A stretch of 36,825 nucleotides of DNA from Bordetella sp. (GCA_035628955.1 DASPIV010000230.1:1-36825); one strand, 5' to 3'. Shown: positions 10,045 to 19,710, counted from the first letter of the stretch. A program made the numbers and translations. Notes: a model not told the origin generated them from the letters alone.

Positions 10045-10854
10045 TTATTGATATGAATGGCGGCCGGCGGTCGTGCCCGCATCAACCGGAAACACCACGC
10101 CCGTCACCCAGCGCGCCTCGTCGCTGACCAGGTAGCGGATGGCATGCCCGACGTCCCAGCCGCTGCCTTCAGTGCGCAGCAGCGAACGCTTGCGGCGGAT
10201 CTCGCGCTTCTCTTCCGACATGCCGCGCGCGTAGACCATGGGCGTGTACACCATGCCGGGCGCCACGCAATTGACGCGGATGCCCTCTTCGCCATGATGC
10301 GCCGCCATGGCGCGCGTCATGTTGACCACGGCCCCTTTCGAGGTCGGGTACAGCAGGCTCGGGTGCCCACCGATCAAGCCCGCCACCGAAGCGATGTTCA
10401 CGATGGCGCCCTGGCCCTGCTCGCGCATCGCGGGTATGCAGTGGCGCGCCATCAGCATCATCGACGTGACATTGATCCGTAGAGCGCGATCCCACTCTTG
10501 CAGGTCCAGTTCCACGGCGTTGCCCGCGGGGCCGCCGACCCCCACGTTATTGACCAGGATATCCACCCGGCCCCACTGCTGTCGCACCTGGGCAACAGCC
10601 TGGCCACACTGTGCGTCCGAGCTGACGTCGCATGGCAGCACCAGCGCCTGCCCCCCCTCGTCTTCGATCATGCGGCGGGTGACATCGGCCCATTCTTCGA
10701 TCGCATCAATCAACGCCACCCGCGCGCCATCGCGCGCCAGCAGGATCGCCGCGGCGCGGCCATTGCCAATGCCGTCGGCGCGCGACCCCGCACCGGTCAC
10801 GATGGCCACGCGATCGGCCAGCGACCGGCTGGCGGGCTCGAATTGTTCGCTCAT
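10045..10854 (-). CDS. Short-chain dehydrogenase/reductase
   Basis: TGAGS..GIGNG, NNVG, YPTSK, IRVNCVAPG. Confidence 0.92.
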   Translation of the reverse strand: MSEQFEPASRSLADRVAIVTGAGSRADGIGNGRAAAILLARDGARVALIDAIEEWADVTRRMIEDEGGQALVLPCDVSSDAQCGQAVAQVRQQWGRVDILVNNVGVGGPAGNAVELDLQEWDRALRINVTSMMLMARHCIPAMREQGQGAIVNIASVAGLIGGHPSLLYPTSKGAVVNMTRAMAAHHGEEGIRVNCVAPGMVYTPMVYARGMSEEKREIRRKRSLLRTEGSGWDVGHAIRYLVSDEARWVTGVVFPVDAGTTAGRHSYQ

Positions 10855-10879
10855 TACCTTCCCTTTCCTGGTTTGTGCA

Positions 10880-12454
10880 TCAATTGATCTTGCGGGCGCG
10901 GTCGCCCCAATAGCGGGCGCGCAACTGGTTCTTGTCGGGTTTACCCAGCGTGGTCAAGGGCAAGGCCTCGACAAAGTCGATGGACTTCGGTGTGCTGACC
11001 GGCCCCTTCGCGGTGCGCACCGCGACCTTCAGTTCGTCTTCGCTGGCGGCGGCGCCGGCACGCAGCACCACCACCGCCTTGACGGCTTCACCCCACTTTT
11101 CATCGGGCACGCCTATGACCGCCGCGGCCGCTACGGCGGGTTGCGCCGTCAGGACGTTCTCGATTTCTTTGGGGTACACGTTGAAGCCCCCCGAGATGAT
11201 CATGTCTTTCTTGCGATCGACCAGGAAGTAGTAGCCATGAGGGTCGCGATAAGCCATGTCGCCGGTGTGCAGCCAGCCGTTGCGCAGCGCCTCGGCGGTC
11301 AATTCCGGCTGCTTCCAGTAGCCGTCCATGACGAGCGGACTGCGCACGCACAATTCGCCTACCTGGCCCGGTTCCACCGGATTGTCGTGATCGTCCAGGA
11401 GTTCAACCGTAACGCCCGGGTACGGCATGCCAGCCGCTCCCAGCGTGTCGACATCGGTACGCGCATGGTCTTCCTGCGACAAGAACAGGATGTTGCTGGG
11501 GCTTTCCGTCTGGCCGTAGCTTTGCACCAGCACCGGGCCGAACACCCGCATGGCTTCCTGGATGCGCGCCGGTGCCATGGGCGATGCGCCGTATGACAGC
11601 AGGCGCAGCGATGAGAAGTCGGCTGTCTTGCAGTGCGGATGATCCAGAATGGCATAGATCATGGTGGGCACCAGGAAACTGAAGGATGCCCGGTGCGCTT
11701 GCAGTGCCGCGATGTATTTTTCGGGATCGAAGCCGCGCTGCAGAATGACAGTGCCGCCGCGCCAGAGCGTAGGCACCAGCATGGCGCCGGCCCCGTGCGA
11801 GATCGGCGTGGGGCACAGCAGACGCAGTTCGGCCGGCAACTGACGCGCCGCCAGCAGCAGCAACGCCTGCATCCACATCGAACGGTTGGTCAGCATGACG
11901 CCTTTCGGCTTGCCGGTGGTACCACCGGTATAGGCCAGGCGGATGACGTCATCGTGCTCGGCCGCCACCCGCAGCGGCGCCGGCTCGAATCCGCCCGCAT
12001 ACTCCCAGAACGAGGCCTGTCCGGGCACGTCGCTGTCGTGCGAATACCAGTGCCGCACCGCGGGGCAATGTTCGCGCAGCGCCTGCAGGCGGGCCTGATA
12101 GCCGCGGTCGGCGATAAACACACAGGCCTCGGCGTCGCCGACGATGTAGGCGTGATCGTCCAGGCCGCCCATGCCATGCAGTGTCACCGAGCGCAGGCCC
12201 ATCAGGTAGGCCGCCGCCATGACGACGAACACGTCGCTGCGGTTTCCCGACAGTTGTGCGACGCCATCGCCGCGCTTGACGCCCAGCGCCGTGAAGGCGG
12301 CCATGGCCTGGCCGATGCGCCGGCCCAACTGGCGATAGCTCAACTGGGATTGATCGTCGATGAACGCGACCCGGTCCGGATAGCGCGCGATGGCCTGGAT
12401 GATCATGTCGCCGATGGTGCCGCCGATATGGGCCCGATGTGTAGTCATTGCCAT
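10880..12454 (-). CDS. AMP-forming acyl-CoA synthetase/ligase
   Basis: YTGGTTGKPKG, YGQTE, GWLHTGD, DRKKDMIISGGFNVYP, GK. Start is at 12454 or 12448 (AAGGA upstream). Confidence 0.92.
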   Translation of the reverse strand: MAMTTHRAHIGGTIGDMIIQAIARYPDRVAFIDDQSQLSYRQLGRRIGQAMAAFTALGVKRGDGVAQLSGNRSDVFVVMAAAYLMGLRSVTLHGMGGLDDHAYIVGDAEACVFIADRGYQARLQALREHCPAVRHWYSHDSDVPGQASFWEYAGGFEPAPLRVAAEHDDVIRLAYTGGTTGKPKGVMLTNRSMWMQALLLLAARQLPAELRLLCPTPISHGAGAMLVPTLWRGGTVILQRGFDPEKYIAALQAHRASFSFLVPTMIYAILDHPHCKTADFSSLRLLSYGASPMAPARIQEAMRVFGPVLVQSYGQTESPSNILFLSQEDHARTDVDTLGAAGMPYPGVTVELLDDHDNPVEPGQVGELCVRSPLVMDGYWKQPELTAEALRNGWLHTGDMAYRDPHGYYFLVDRKKDMIISGGFNVYPKEIENVLTAQPAVAAAAVIGVPDEKWGEAVKAVVVLRAGAAASEDELKVAVRTAKGPVSTPKSIDFVEALPLTTLGKPDKNQLRARYWGDRARKIN

Positions 12455-12549
12455 CCTTGTTTCCGTATCGATGAAGCCCGCGCCCGTCCACCCAAGGCAT
12501 CGTTTCACCGTTATTTCCATGAATCGATTTTTATCGAGTATATCTTTAA

Positions 12550-12563
12550 ATGAATCGTTTCAT
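12550..12563. promoter_or_regulatory. Putative LacI-family operator ATGAATCGTTTCAT
   Basis: Near-perfect palindrome with central CG in the AT-rich divergent intergenic region next to the LacI gene. A weaker copy ATGAATCGATTTTT is at 12519-12532, and the motif recurs at 18698. Confidence 0.72.
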
Positions 12564-12655
12564 CAATAAGCCGGCTCGACGCTGCGGCAACGGCGCCCGT
12601 GGCAGTCTGGCGTCAGGGACCGCGGGTTATACTCGCGCCTGGAAAAAGGACCCTC

Positions 12656-13690
12656 ATGCGACCCAAGCAGATCAGCATCCGGGACGTCGCTGCACTGGCA
12701 GGCACTTCGGTGGGCAGTGCCTCGCGCGTTATCAACGGTGCCGCCAATGTCACGCCGGAAGTCCGTGCCAAAGTCGAACGCGCCATCGCGGCGCTGCGCT
12801 ACCGGCCCAATCATGCGGCGCAGGCATTGCGCTCGCGCAGCAGCAAGACCATCGGCTGCATGTTTTCCGACGTCACCAACCCCTTGTACGCGCGCGCCTT
12901 CCGCGCGCTCGAGGCGCGCTTCTTTACGGCCGGCTACATGCTGCTGCTGGCCAATGGGCTCAATGACGCCGAACGCGAGATCAACATCCTGAACACTTTC
13001 CAGTTGCGAGGCATGGACGGCGTGATCATCGCGCCCGGCAACGAGCGCGATGCGGGCGTGCTGGAAGCGGTCCAACACCTGACCATGCCCGTGGTGATCT
13101 ACGACCGCGACATGAATGTCGATGCCGACACTGTGCTCTACGATCACGTCAAGGGCATCAAGACGGCGGTTGGCCATTTGATGGCGCTGGGCCACACCCG
13201 TATCGCGCTGGTGCTGTGGCAAGCCAAAAGCCGCGCCGTGCGCCGGCGCATCGAAGGCTACAAGGCGGCATTCAAGGCGGCCGGGCTGCCCGTGCCCGAA
13301 CTGCTGATCCAGGGGCCTACGCCCACCAGCTCGGCCTACGACGCCGTCACCGAAATGCTGGGCGGGCCCGGCGCCCCCACGGCCATCATCGCGCAAGGTA
13401 CGCAAACCCTCAGCAGCACCCTGCGTGCTATTGCCATGACGGGCAAGCGCGTACCCGACGACATCTCGGTCATCGGCATAGGCGATACCGATTTTGCCGA
13501 GAACTACGACCCCCCGCTTACCGTGCTGCGCACACCGGTGGAGTCCGTGGCCGATTGCGCCTCGGCCATGCTGCTTGAACGCATTCACGCGCGCAACGGC
13601 GAAGCGCCGCCCGCGCCGCGCAGCAACACGTTCCCGTACTCCTTGATCGAACGCCGCTCCTGCGGCCCGGTCAAGCGGCGCGCAGGATGA
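12656..13690 (+). CDS. LacI/GalR-family transcriptional regulator
   Basis: SIRDVAALAGTSVGSASRVING HTH, YRPN..AQAL hinge, VPDDISVIG, PPLT. Start at ATG 12656 with AGGA RBS. Confidence 0.95.
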   Translation: MRPKQISIRDVAALAGTSVGSASRVINGAANVTPEVRAKVERAIAALRYRPNHAAQALRSRSSKTIGCMFSDVTNPLYARAFRALEARFFTAGYMLLLANGLNDAEREINILNTFQLRGMDGVIIAPGNERDAGVLEAVQHLTMPVVIYDRDMNVDADTVLYDHVKGIKTAVGHLMALGHTRIALVLWQAKSRAVRRRIEGYKAAFKAAGLPVPELLIQGPTPTSSAYDAVTEMLGGPGAPTAIIAQGTQTLSSTLRAIAMTGKRVPDDISVIGIGDTDFAENYDPPLTVLRTPVESVADCASAMLLERIHARNGEAPPAPRSNTFPYSLIERRSCGPVKRRAG

Positions 13691-14651
13691 TCTTGCCGAA
13701 GTGACGGTTGGTCTGCATGTATGCCAGGGCCTGCGCGCCCTGCTCCAGCGCAAAGCTGCGGTCCACCGGTAGCCGCAATAGGCCGGCGTCCAGCACCGGG
13801 CCCAGGTCGCGCAGCATGTGCGCGGTAATCTGCCTGACTTGTTCAGGGGTGCGCGTACGAAAGGTCACCCCGCTGTAGTGCACGCGCCGCAGCGCATGCA
13901 GATCGAAATCGAAGTTGGCCGTGCGGCCCGCCAGCCGTCCCACGTTCACGATGCGCCCCTCGATGGCAGTGGCGGCCAGCGTGGCATTGAATACCGGGCC
14001 GGCCAGCATGTCCACGACCACCTCCGCTCCCCTGCCGCCGGTGGCTTCGAGCACTTGCCGCGCCCAGTCCGGTGCCAAGGGATCGACGGTCAAGTCGACG
14101 CCCAGTTCCCGCAGGCGCTCGCGCTTGGTAATACTGGTCGAACTGCCGCATATCCAGCCCGCCTTCATGTGCCGGGCGATTTGCACAGCCATCAACCCCA
14201 CCGCCGTCGATGCGCCGTGGATCAGCACCGACTGCCCTGCCTGCATGCGGCCGTGGGCAACCAGGGCATCGTGCATGGTCTGCAATGCAATCGGCAAGGT
14301 GGCGGCCAGGGCCGGATCTTCGATGCCCTGCGGCATGGGCAGCACGCGCCCCCAGTCAGCCACGGCATACTCGGCAAAGGCCCCCCGTCCCGAGCCCATG
14401 ACGCGCTGGCCGACGCGGATATGCCCCGGCACATCGGGGCCCACCGCGTCCACCACCCCCGCCCATTCCAGGCCCAGTACCGCGCCCGGCCCGCCCCCGT
14501 CGCCGTGGCGGCGGCCTTCCGCCATGTACACGTCGGCCCGGTTCAGCGCGCAGGCCTGCACCCGTATGCGAACCTGGGCCCTGCCCATTTCCGGAACCGG
14601 CACCTCGGCCAGGGCCGGCCCGTCGATACCCAGGACGATAGCGCGCATCAT
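13671..14651 (-). CDS. NADPH:quinone oxidoreductase-like protein (MDR / zeta-crystallin family)
   Basis: ALNRAD, GLEWAG, VLIHGASTAVG, C-terminal HFGKIIL. The 3' end overlaps the convergent LacI gene by 20 bp. Confidence 0.88.
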   Translation of the reverse strand: MMRAIVLGIDGPALAEVPVPEMGRAQVRIRVQACALNRADVYMAEGRRHGDGGGPGAVLGLEWAGVVDAVGPDVPGHIRVGQRVMGSGRGAFAEYAVADWGRVLPMPQGIEDPALAATLPIALQTMHDALVAHGRMQAGQSVLIHGASTAVGLMAVQIARHMKAGWICGSSTSITKRERLRELGVDLTVDPLAPDWARQVLEATGGRGAEVVVDMLAGPVFNATLAATAIEGRIVNVGRLAGRTANFDFDLHALRRVHYSGVTFRTRTPEQVRQITAHMLRDLGPVLDAGLLRLPVDRSFALEQGAQALAYMQTNRHFGKIILRAA

Positions 14652-14658
14652 CGGCCGC

Positions 14659-15645
14659 CTATTGCGCCTTGGCGCCCGACTTCTTGACGATGTCGCCCCA
14701 GCGATCGATCTCACTATCGACAAAGGTCTTGAACTGGTCCACGCCCATCAGGTCGATCTGGATGCCGGCCTCGTCAAAGCGTGCGCGTACCGTGTCGCTA
14801 CCGAGCGCCTGGTTGATGGTGGCATTGAGCTTCTCCACCACATCGCGCGGCGTGCCCGCGGGGGCGAAGACGCCGCTCCAGCTGATGACTTCATAGCCGG
14901 GAACACCGGCCTCCATCAAAGTGGGCACGTCGGGCAACACCGCCGCGCGGGTCCGGCTGGTGACTCCCAGTGCCCGCAGCTTGCCAGCCTGGATATGCGG
15001 CAACGAGACATTCAGGTTGTCGAACATCAGCTGAATATGGCCGGCCAGCAAGTCGTTCATGGCGGGGCCGCCGCCACGGTACGGCACGTGCGTGAAGCGG
15101 GTGCCGGTCAGTACCTGGAACAGTTCGCCCGACATGTGGATGCTGCTGCCCGCGCCGGATGAGCCCATCATCAACTTGCCGGGATTCTGCTTGGCATAGG
15201 CAATCAGTTCCTGCACGGTTTTCGCGGGTACCGCCGGATTGACCACCAGCACGTTCGTGCCGGCCGTCATGCGCGCAATGGGAACGAAATCGCGGCGCGC
15301 ATCGAATGGCAGATTGCCATACAGCGTAGGGTTGATGCCGTGCGTACCGATGGTGCCTTGCAGCAGCGTGTAGCCGTCGGCCGGCGCATCGGCGACATGG
15401 GCGGCGCCAATATTGCCGCCCGCGCCGCCGCGGTTCTCGACCACCACGGGCTGCCCCAGGATCTTCGACATTTCCTCGGCCAGGATGCGGCCGGTGGTGT
15501 CGGTTGACCCGCCCGGCGGAAACGGAATCACATAGCGAATGGGCCGGTCCGGATAGGCTGCGGCCGCCAAGGCCGGCAGGCCCGCCACCAGTGCCACGGC
15601 CAATGCAAGCAAGCGTTTCATGCCGCGAAATCGAGAAATCATCAT
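14659..15645 (-). CDS. Bug/TctC-family substrate-binding protein
   Basis: YPDRPIRYVIPFPPGGSTD, VENRGGAGG, HVPYRGGG, PDVPT. GGAG RBS. Confidence 0.94.
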   Translation of the reverse strand: MMISRFRGMKRLLALAVALVAGLPALAAAAYPDRPIRYVIPFPPGGSTDTTGRILAEEMSKILGQPVVVENRGGAGGNIGAAHVADAPADGYTLLQGTIGTHGINPTLYGNLPFDARRDFVPIARMTAGTNVLVVNPAVPAKTVQELIAYAKQNPGKLMMGSSGAGSSIHMSGELFQVLTGTRFTHVPYRGGGPAMNDLLAGHIQLMFDNLNVSLPHIQAGKLRALGVTSRTRAAVLPDVPTLMEAGVPGYEVISWSGVFAPAGTPRDVVEKLNATINQALGSDTVRARFDEAGIQIDLMGVDQFKTFVDSEIDRWGDIVKKSGAKAQ

Positions 15646-15684
15646 GGTCTCCTTGTATCGTTGTAATGAGGTACAGCGGGGCGT

Positions 15685-15716
15685 CCTACGCGGGCCGCCC
15701 TACGCGGGCCGCCCTA
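15685..15716. repeat. 14-bp tandem duplication (CCTACGCGGGCCGC)x2 plus partial CCTA
   Basis: Direct reading: units at 15685-15698 and 15699-15712. The partial third unit contains the SDR stop codon. Confidence 0.8.
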
Positions 15717-16514
15717 TTTACGTATTGCGATGCCGGCGGACATGCCGCCGTCCACCGGCAATTCGATGGCGTTGATATAGCTGGCTTCGTCCGACAACAG
15801 AAAACGGATGGCGGCCGCCACTTCCGCGGCCGTGCCCTGGCGGCCGAACGGCATGGGTTGCGTCAGGCGATCGGGCCGGGCCTGGGTCGCGGCGCGGCCC
15901 ATGGGGGTGTCGATCAAGCCCAGCATGACGATGTTCGCGCGTATGCCGGCCGGCTGCCCTTCCAGTGCCACGGCCCGGCACACGGCGGACAGCGCCGCTT
16001 TCGAGGCCTCGTAAGCCGGGTTGCGCCCGCCGGGCCGACGCGATGCGGTAGACGACACGAACACAATCGAGCCGCCCGCCGCCATCCTGGGCAGGGCGTG
16101 CTTGGCGCAGAACAGGTGCGCTCGGGTGTTCACGTTCATGACCGCATCCCAGCTGTCGGCGCTCAGGCTTGCCAGCGGCGCACGATGGCTGATGCCCACA
16201 TTCAGCACCAGGCCGTCCAGGCCCTCCATGTCAGCGGCTGCCTGCTCGACCAGGCCAGGAATCCGCGCAACGTCCGCGACGTCGGCCTGCAGTGCCGTGG
16301 CGCGCCCGCCGGCCTCGACGATATCGTCCACCGTACGTTGCGCCGCATCGTGATCGCGGTCGGCGCAGGCCACGCGCGCACCGGCCAGCGCCAGCGCCAG
16401 GCACGTGGCATTGCCATTGCCCGCCGGCGCGCGCTCTTGCGCCGGGCGGCCCGCCCCCACGACCAGAATGCGGCGGCCCGCCAGGCTGGGCGCCAAAGGC
16501 TTTGTGTGATTCAT
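15714..16514 (-). CDS. Short-chain dehydrogenase/reductase
   Basis: VGAG....GNG, LNVG, YEASK, LPVDGG. Same subfamily style as 10045-10854. Confidence 0.9.
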   Translation of the reverse strand: MNHTKPLAPSLAGRRILVVGAGRPAQERAPAGNGNATCLALALAGARVACADRDHDAAQRTVDDIVEAGGRATALQADVADVARIPGLVEQAAADMEGLDGLVLNVGISHRAPLASLSADSWDAVMNVNTRAHLFCAKHALPRMAAGGSIVFVSSTASRRPGGRNPAYEASKAALSAVCRAVALEGQPAGIRANIVMLGLIDTPMGRAATQARPDRLTQPMPFGRQGTAAEVAAAIRFLLSDEASYINAIELPVDGGMSAGIAIRK

Positions 16515-16551
16515 GTAAGGGCTCCAGGCTTGGGCGAAATGAATGATGCGG

Positions 16552-17565
16552 TCAAAGGGTGGCCACCGGCGTAACGGGCGAACCCACGGCGCCGGGCAAG
16601 CGCAACGGTGGTGCGGTCAGCAAGAATTTCGAACGGCCCTGGGCCGCCAGCGCACGGGCGAGTTCGGCTAAATACCAGAGTTCGCCCAGCGGTATGCCGT
16701 ACTGGAACAGGCACAACTGATGCAGCGGCAGGCGCGCGCAGGGCTCGGCCGCCGGGCCCGCTGGAATACCCTCGACCGCATAGTTGTCGGCACACAGTGC
16801 GGCGACGCCGCTGTCGACGATCCAGCGCCGCAGCCGCTCATCCCGGCCGTCCAGCACGGCGCAACTGCGATCCAGCACCGCCAAGTCCGGCTTGCCGGCC
16901 ATCGCCAGCAATTTGTCGGCAAAACCGGTGTACAGGCACAGCATGTCGCCGGCCTGGATATCACCGCCCGCAGCGTCCAGGGCGCGCATCAGCACGTCAT
17001 AGCCCACGTATTGGCGCGCGTCGCCGCATAGCGCGTACAGGTCGAGCAGCACGCCGCGCGACTGGATGGCTTTTTCCGCCATGGTCTGGATACCCAGGCG
17101 GCGCGCACCGACAGGCGCATCGCCGTCCGGCCCGACCACATCGGTGCCGGCGCGGAACCCGTTGTAATACACCGCCACGGGCTGGCCATTGCCGTCCACG
17201 TCGAACAAGTGGCCCACGTGCGCGTAGCTGTCCCATTGCGTGGAATACTGCGTGTGCAGAGTCACCGCGTCGTCGCAGACCACGTCGGTATGCGCATGGC
17301 CGGCCGGGTCCACCGGCAAGTTGTAGACCGGCCGCCCATCGCGCCGCGTCGGCGCCAGCGCGGGCGGATGCCGGCGCGGGTTCAGCACATTGCCGCCGGG
17401 CAAGTCCAGCGGCAGGCTCAGGCAGATGCTGCGCCCATCGCGCACTTCGCGTATGCCGCGCAGCACCGCCTGGGGCGTGATCAGATTCAAGCGGCCCAAC
17501 TCATCATCGGGCCCGAAATCGCCCCAGTTCGACTGCGGCGGCCGTACTTTCCAGCGCTTGTTCAT
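16552..17565 (-). CDS. Cyclase-family (kynurenine formamidase-like) metal-dependent hydrolase
   Basis: WGDFGPDDELGRLN, QYSTQWDSYAH, RGVLLD, ADNYAVE, GELWYL, GAVGSPVTPVA. Confidence 0.88.
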   Translation of the reverse strand: MNKRWKVRPPQSNWGDFGPDDELGRLNLITPQAVLRGIREVRDGRSICLSLPLDLPGGNVLNPRRHPPALAPTRRDGRPVYNLPVDPAGHAHTDVVCDDAVTLHTQYSTQWDSYAHVGHLFDVDGNGQPVAVYYNGFRAGTDVVGPDGDAPVGARRLGIQTMAEKAIQSRGVLLDLYALCGDARQYVGYDVLMRALDAAGGDIQAGDMLCLYTGFADKLLAMAGKPDLAVLDRSCAVLDGRDERLRRWIVDSGVAALCADNYAVEGIPAGPAAEPCARLPLHQLCLFQYGIPLGELWYLAELARALAAQGRSKFLLTAPPLRLPGAVGSPVTPVATL

Positions 17566-17580
17566 AGTCTTGTCGTCTCG

Positions 17581-18624
17581 TCACAACTGCACGCGCGCGG
17601 TCTGCACGATGGCTTTCCAACGGCCGGCCTCGGCCGCGACGAATGCCGGGAATGCCTGGGCGTCCAGCTGCTGCAAAAGTTCGGTGCCATTCTGCGCGGC
17701 GCGCCTTTGCACGGCCGGATCGGCAAGCACGCCGCCGCATGCATCGGACAGCACCGCCACGGCATCGGCTGGCGTACCACGCGGCGCAAACAGCCCGGAC
17801 CACACCGATGACTGCGCGCCCGGATAGCCCGCCGCCGCAATCGTGGGTACCCCAGGCAGGGTGGACAGGGGCCGGGGCCCCGTAGTGACCAGCGCACGCA
17901 GTTTTCCGGCACCGATCAGTGGCAGGCTCGTAATGGGATAATCGAACATTACGTCCACGGTGCCGGCCATTAAATCGTTCATGGCCAGTCCGGCGCCCTT
18001 ATAAGGCACGTGCAGCAGGCGGATGCCAGCCACTTCTTGCAACAGCTCGGCTACCAGGTGCTGCGCCGTGCCGACGCCCGCCGAGGCATACGTCAGTTTG
18101 CCGGGCTGGCTGCGCGCCAGGGCCAGGAAGTCGTCGAATGTGGCAAATGGCGCCGACATGCCGGCCACCAACACATTGAAGTCCGCGAACAGGCCGTGCA
18201 CCGGCACGAAATCGCGCACCGGATCGTAGGGGAATTCTTTGTACAGATAGCGATTGGCGGCATGGGTGCCGTTGGTGCCGAACATCAGGCTGTATCCGTC
18301 GGGCACCGCCCGGCTGGCCACGCCCAAGGCGATATTGCCCCCTGCGCCCGGCCGGTTGTCCACGACGAACGGCTGCCCCAGCCGCGCCGCCAGTTTCTCG
18401 GCAACCAGGCGGGCATTGCTGTCGGCAATGCCGCCCGCGGCAAACGGCACGTAAAGCGTCAACGGCCTGGCAGGGTAACTTGCCGCCTGGCTGCGCCGGC
18501 TGACGCCCAGGGCGGCCATGGCACCCATGGCCGCCAGGAAACCGCGGCGATCCCGCCAGGCAGCGGCGCACGGCCCCGTGCCGCCATATTGAACCGATTC
18601 ATTAAGTTGCTTGCATGCCGCCAT
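17581..18624 (-). CDS. Bug/TctC-family substrate-binding protein with a Tat-like leader (DRRGFL)
   Basis: Start at ATG 18624 (AGGAG RBS). YPARPLTLYVPFAAGG, VDNRPGAGG, YDPVRDF, HVPYKG. Confidence 0.92.
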   Translation of the reverse strand: MAACKQLNESVQYGGTGPCAAAWRDRRGFLAAMGAMAALGVSRRSQAASYPARPLTLYVPFAAGGIADSNARLVAEKLAARLGQPFVVDNRPGAGGNIALGVASRAVPDGYSLMFGTNGTHAANRYLYKEFPYDPVRDFVPVHGLFADFNVLVAGMSAPFATFDDFLALARSQPGKLTYASAGVGTAQHLVAELLQEVAGIRLLHVPYKGAGLAMNDLMAGTVDVMFDYPITSLPLIGAGKLRALVTTGPRPLSTLPGVPTIAAAGYPGAQSSVWSGLFAPRGTPADAVAVLSDACGGVLADPAVQRRAAQNGTELLQQLDAQAFPAFVAAEAGRWKAIVQTARVQL

Positions 18625-18697
18625 GCCGTCTCCTGATTCTATTGAGAACCGCGCTTTTGTGCGCCAGTTTTCCAATTTTTGGCAACTCTAGCACACA

Positions 18698-18711
18698 ATG
18701 AAACGGTTCAT
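18698..18711. promoter_or_regulatory. Putative LacI-family operator ATGAAACGGTTCAT
   Basis: Near-perfect palindrome with central CG upstream of the 18624 operon. Matches 12550-12563, including the flanking A and CAA. Confidence 0.72.
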
Positions 18712-18772
18712 CAACAAATCGAAAGACGGTTAAAGCGCCCGCCATAGGGCCAGCAACGCCCCGCGCCACCCC

Positions 18773-19684
18773 TCAGGACTTGAAACCGCCCGCCATGCGT
18801 GTGGGCGTCATGCTGCGCAGGGTCTTCAGGAAATCCTTGGCCGGCCGGCCCAAGGGCTCGTACAACAGATGAAAGGCGTCCACATCCACCTTGGACTCCG
18901 CATCCAGCGGCCGCACCACCACGTCGGCATGGCGAAGGCCGGCGGCAGTCAGTTCGTCGACCAGCGCAATACCGGTCTGTTCCTGGGCCAGCGCCCAGGC
19001 TACGTGCACCTGCTGCACTTCGATGCTGAAGCGCAAGATACAGCCCGCCCGGGCGGCCATCTCGCGTATGGTCTGCGCGAACGGAATATCACTGGCATAG
19101 CCAATCAGCTTCTGATCCTGCAGATCGGACACCTGCAAGCGGCGCCGTCGCGCCAGCGGATGCGAACGCGGAATCGCCGCCACCAGGCTGGTTTCGAACA
19201 GGGGATGCACGCGCAGGTTGGGATGGCTGATAGGCATCTGCGCGACGCCGATCTCGAACTGGCGGTCAAGCAGCGACTGCAGCAACGTGCTTGGACTCAT
19301 GGTGCGCAGTACCACCTGCACATCGGGGTGGGCCTGCGCGAAAGCGCTGATGGCACGCGGCAACAGCGACTGGCTCAGGTTTGCGCTGCATGCCACCCGC
19401 AGGAAAGCCGTGCGCTGGTGGACCAGGTCCTCGGCTACCTCGTTGACCCGGGTCACGCACTGGTAGAGCGAATCGACTTCGATGAAAAGCCGGTTCGCCT
19501 CGGGGGTGGGATAGATGCGGCCCTTGATGCGCTCGAACAATTGCATGCCCAGGCGCTGCTCGGTGTAGGCCACCAGCCGGCTGACTGCCGGCTGGGACAC
19601 GTTGAGCACCTTGGCCGCCCCCGATATCGAATGGGTCAGCATGATGGCGCGAAACGCCTCGATCTGGCGCAGGTTGATACGCAC
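18773..19684 (-). CDS. LysR-family transcriptional regulator
   Basis: NLRQIEAFRAIM...SISGAAKVLNVSQPAVSR HTH; divergent from the 19788-28579 operon. Confidence 0.94.
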   Translation of the reverse strand: MRINLRQIEAFRAIMLTHSISGAAKVLNVSQPAVSRLVAYTEQRLGMQLFERIKGRIYPTPEANRLFIEVDSLYQCVTRVNEVAEDLVHQRTAFLRVACSANLSQSLLPRAISAFAQAHPDVQVVLRTMSPSTLLQSLLDRQFEIGVAQMPISHPNLRVHPLFETSLVAAIPRSHPLARRRRLQVSDLQDQKLIGYASDIPFAQTIREMAARAGCILRFSIEVQQVHVAWALAQEQTGIALVDELTAAGLRHADVVVRPLDAESKVDVDAFHLLYEPLGRPAKDFLKTLRSMTPTRMAGGFKS

Positions 19685-19691
19685 GGCTCAC

Positions 19692-19710
19692 CTATAACAT
19701 TTGATTATAG
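19692..19710. promoter_or_regulatory. LysR-type binding site CTATAA-N7-TTATAG
   Basis: Perfect 6-bp inverted repeat containing the T-N11-A box, just upstream of the LysR start in the divergent promoter region. Confidence 0.72.

Noticed and set aside
8238-10085. 615-aa ORF as a single fusion protein
   Set aside because: The first ~361 codons are an off-frame shadow of the Bug gene at 9035-10015; the real gene starts at 9002.
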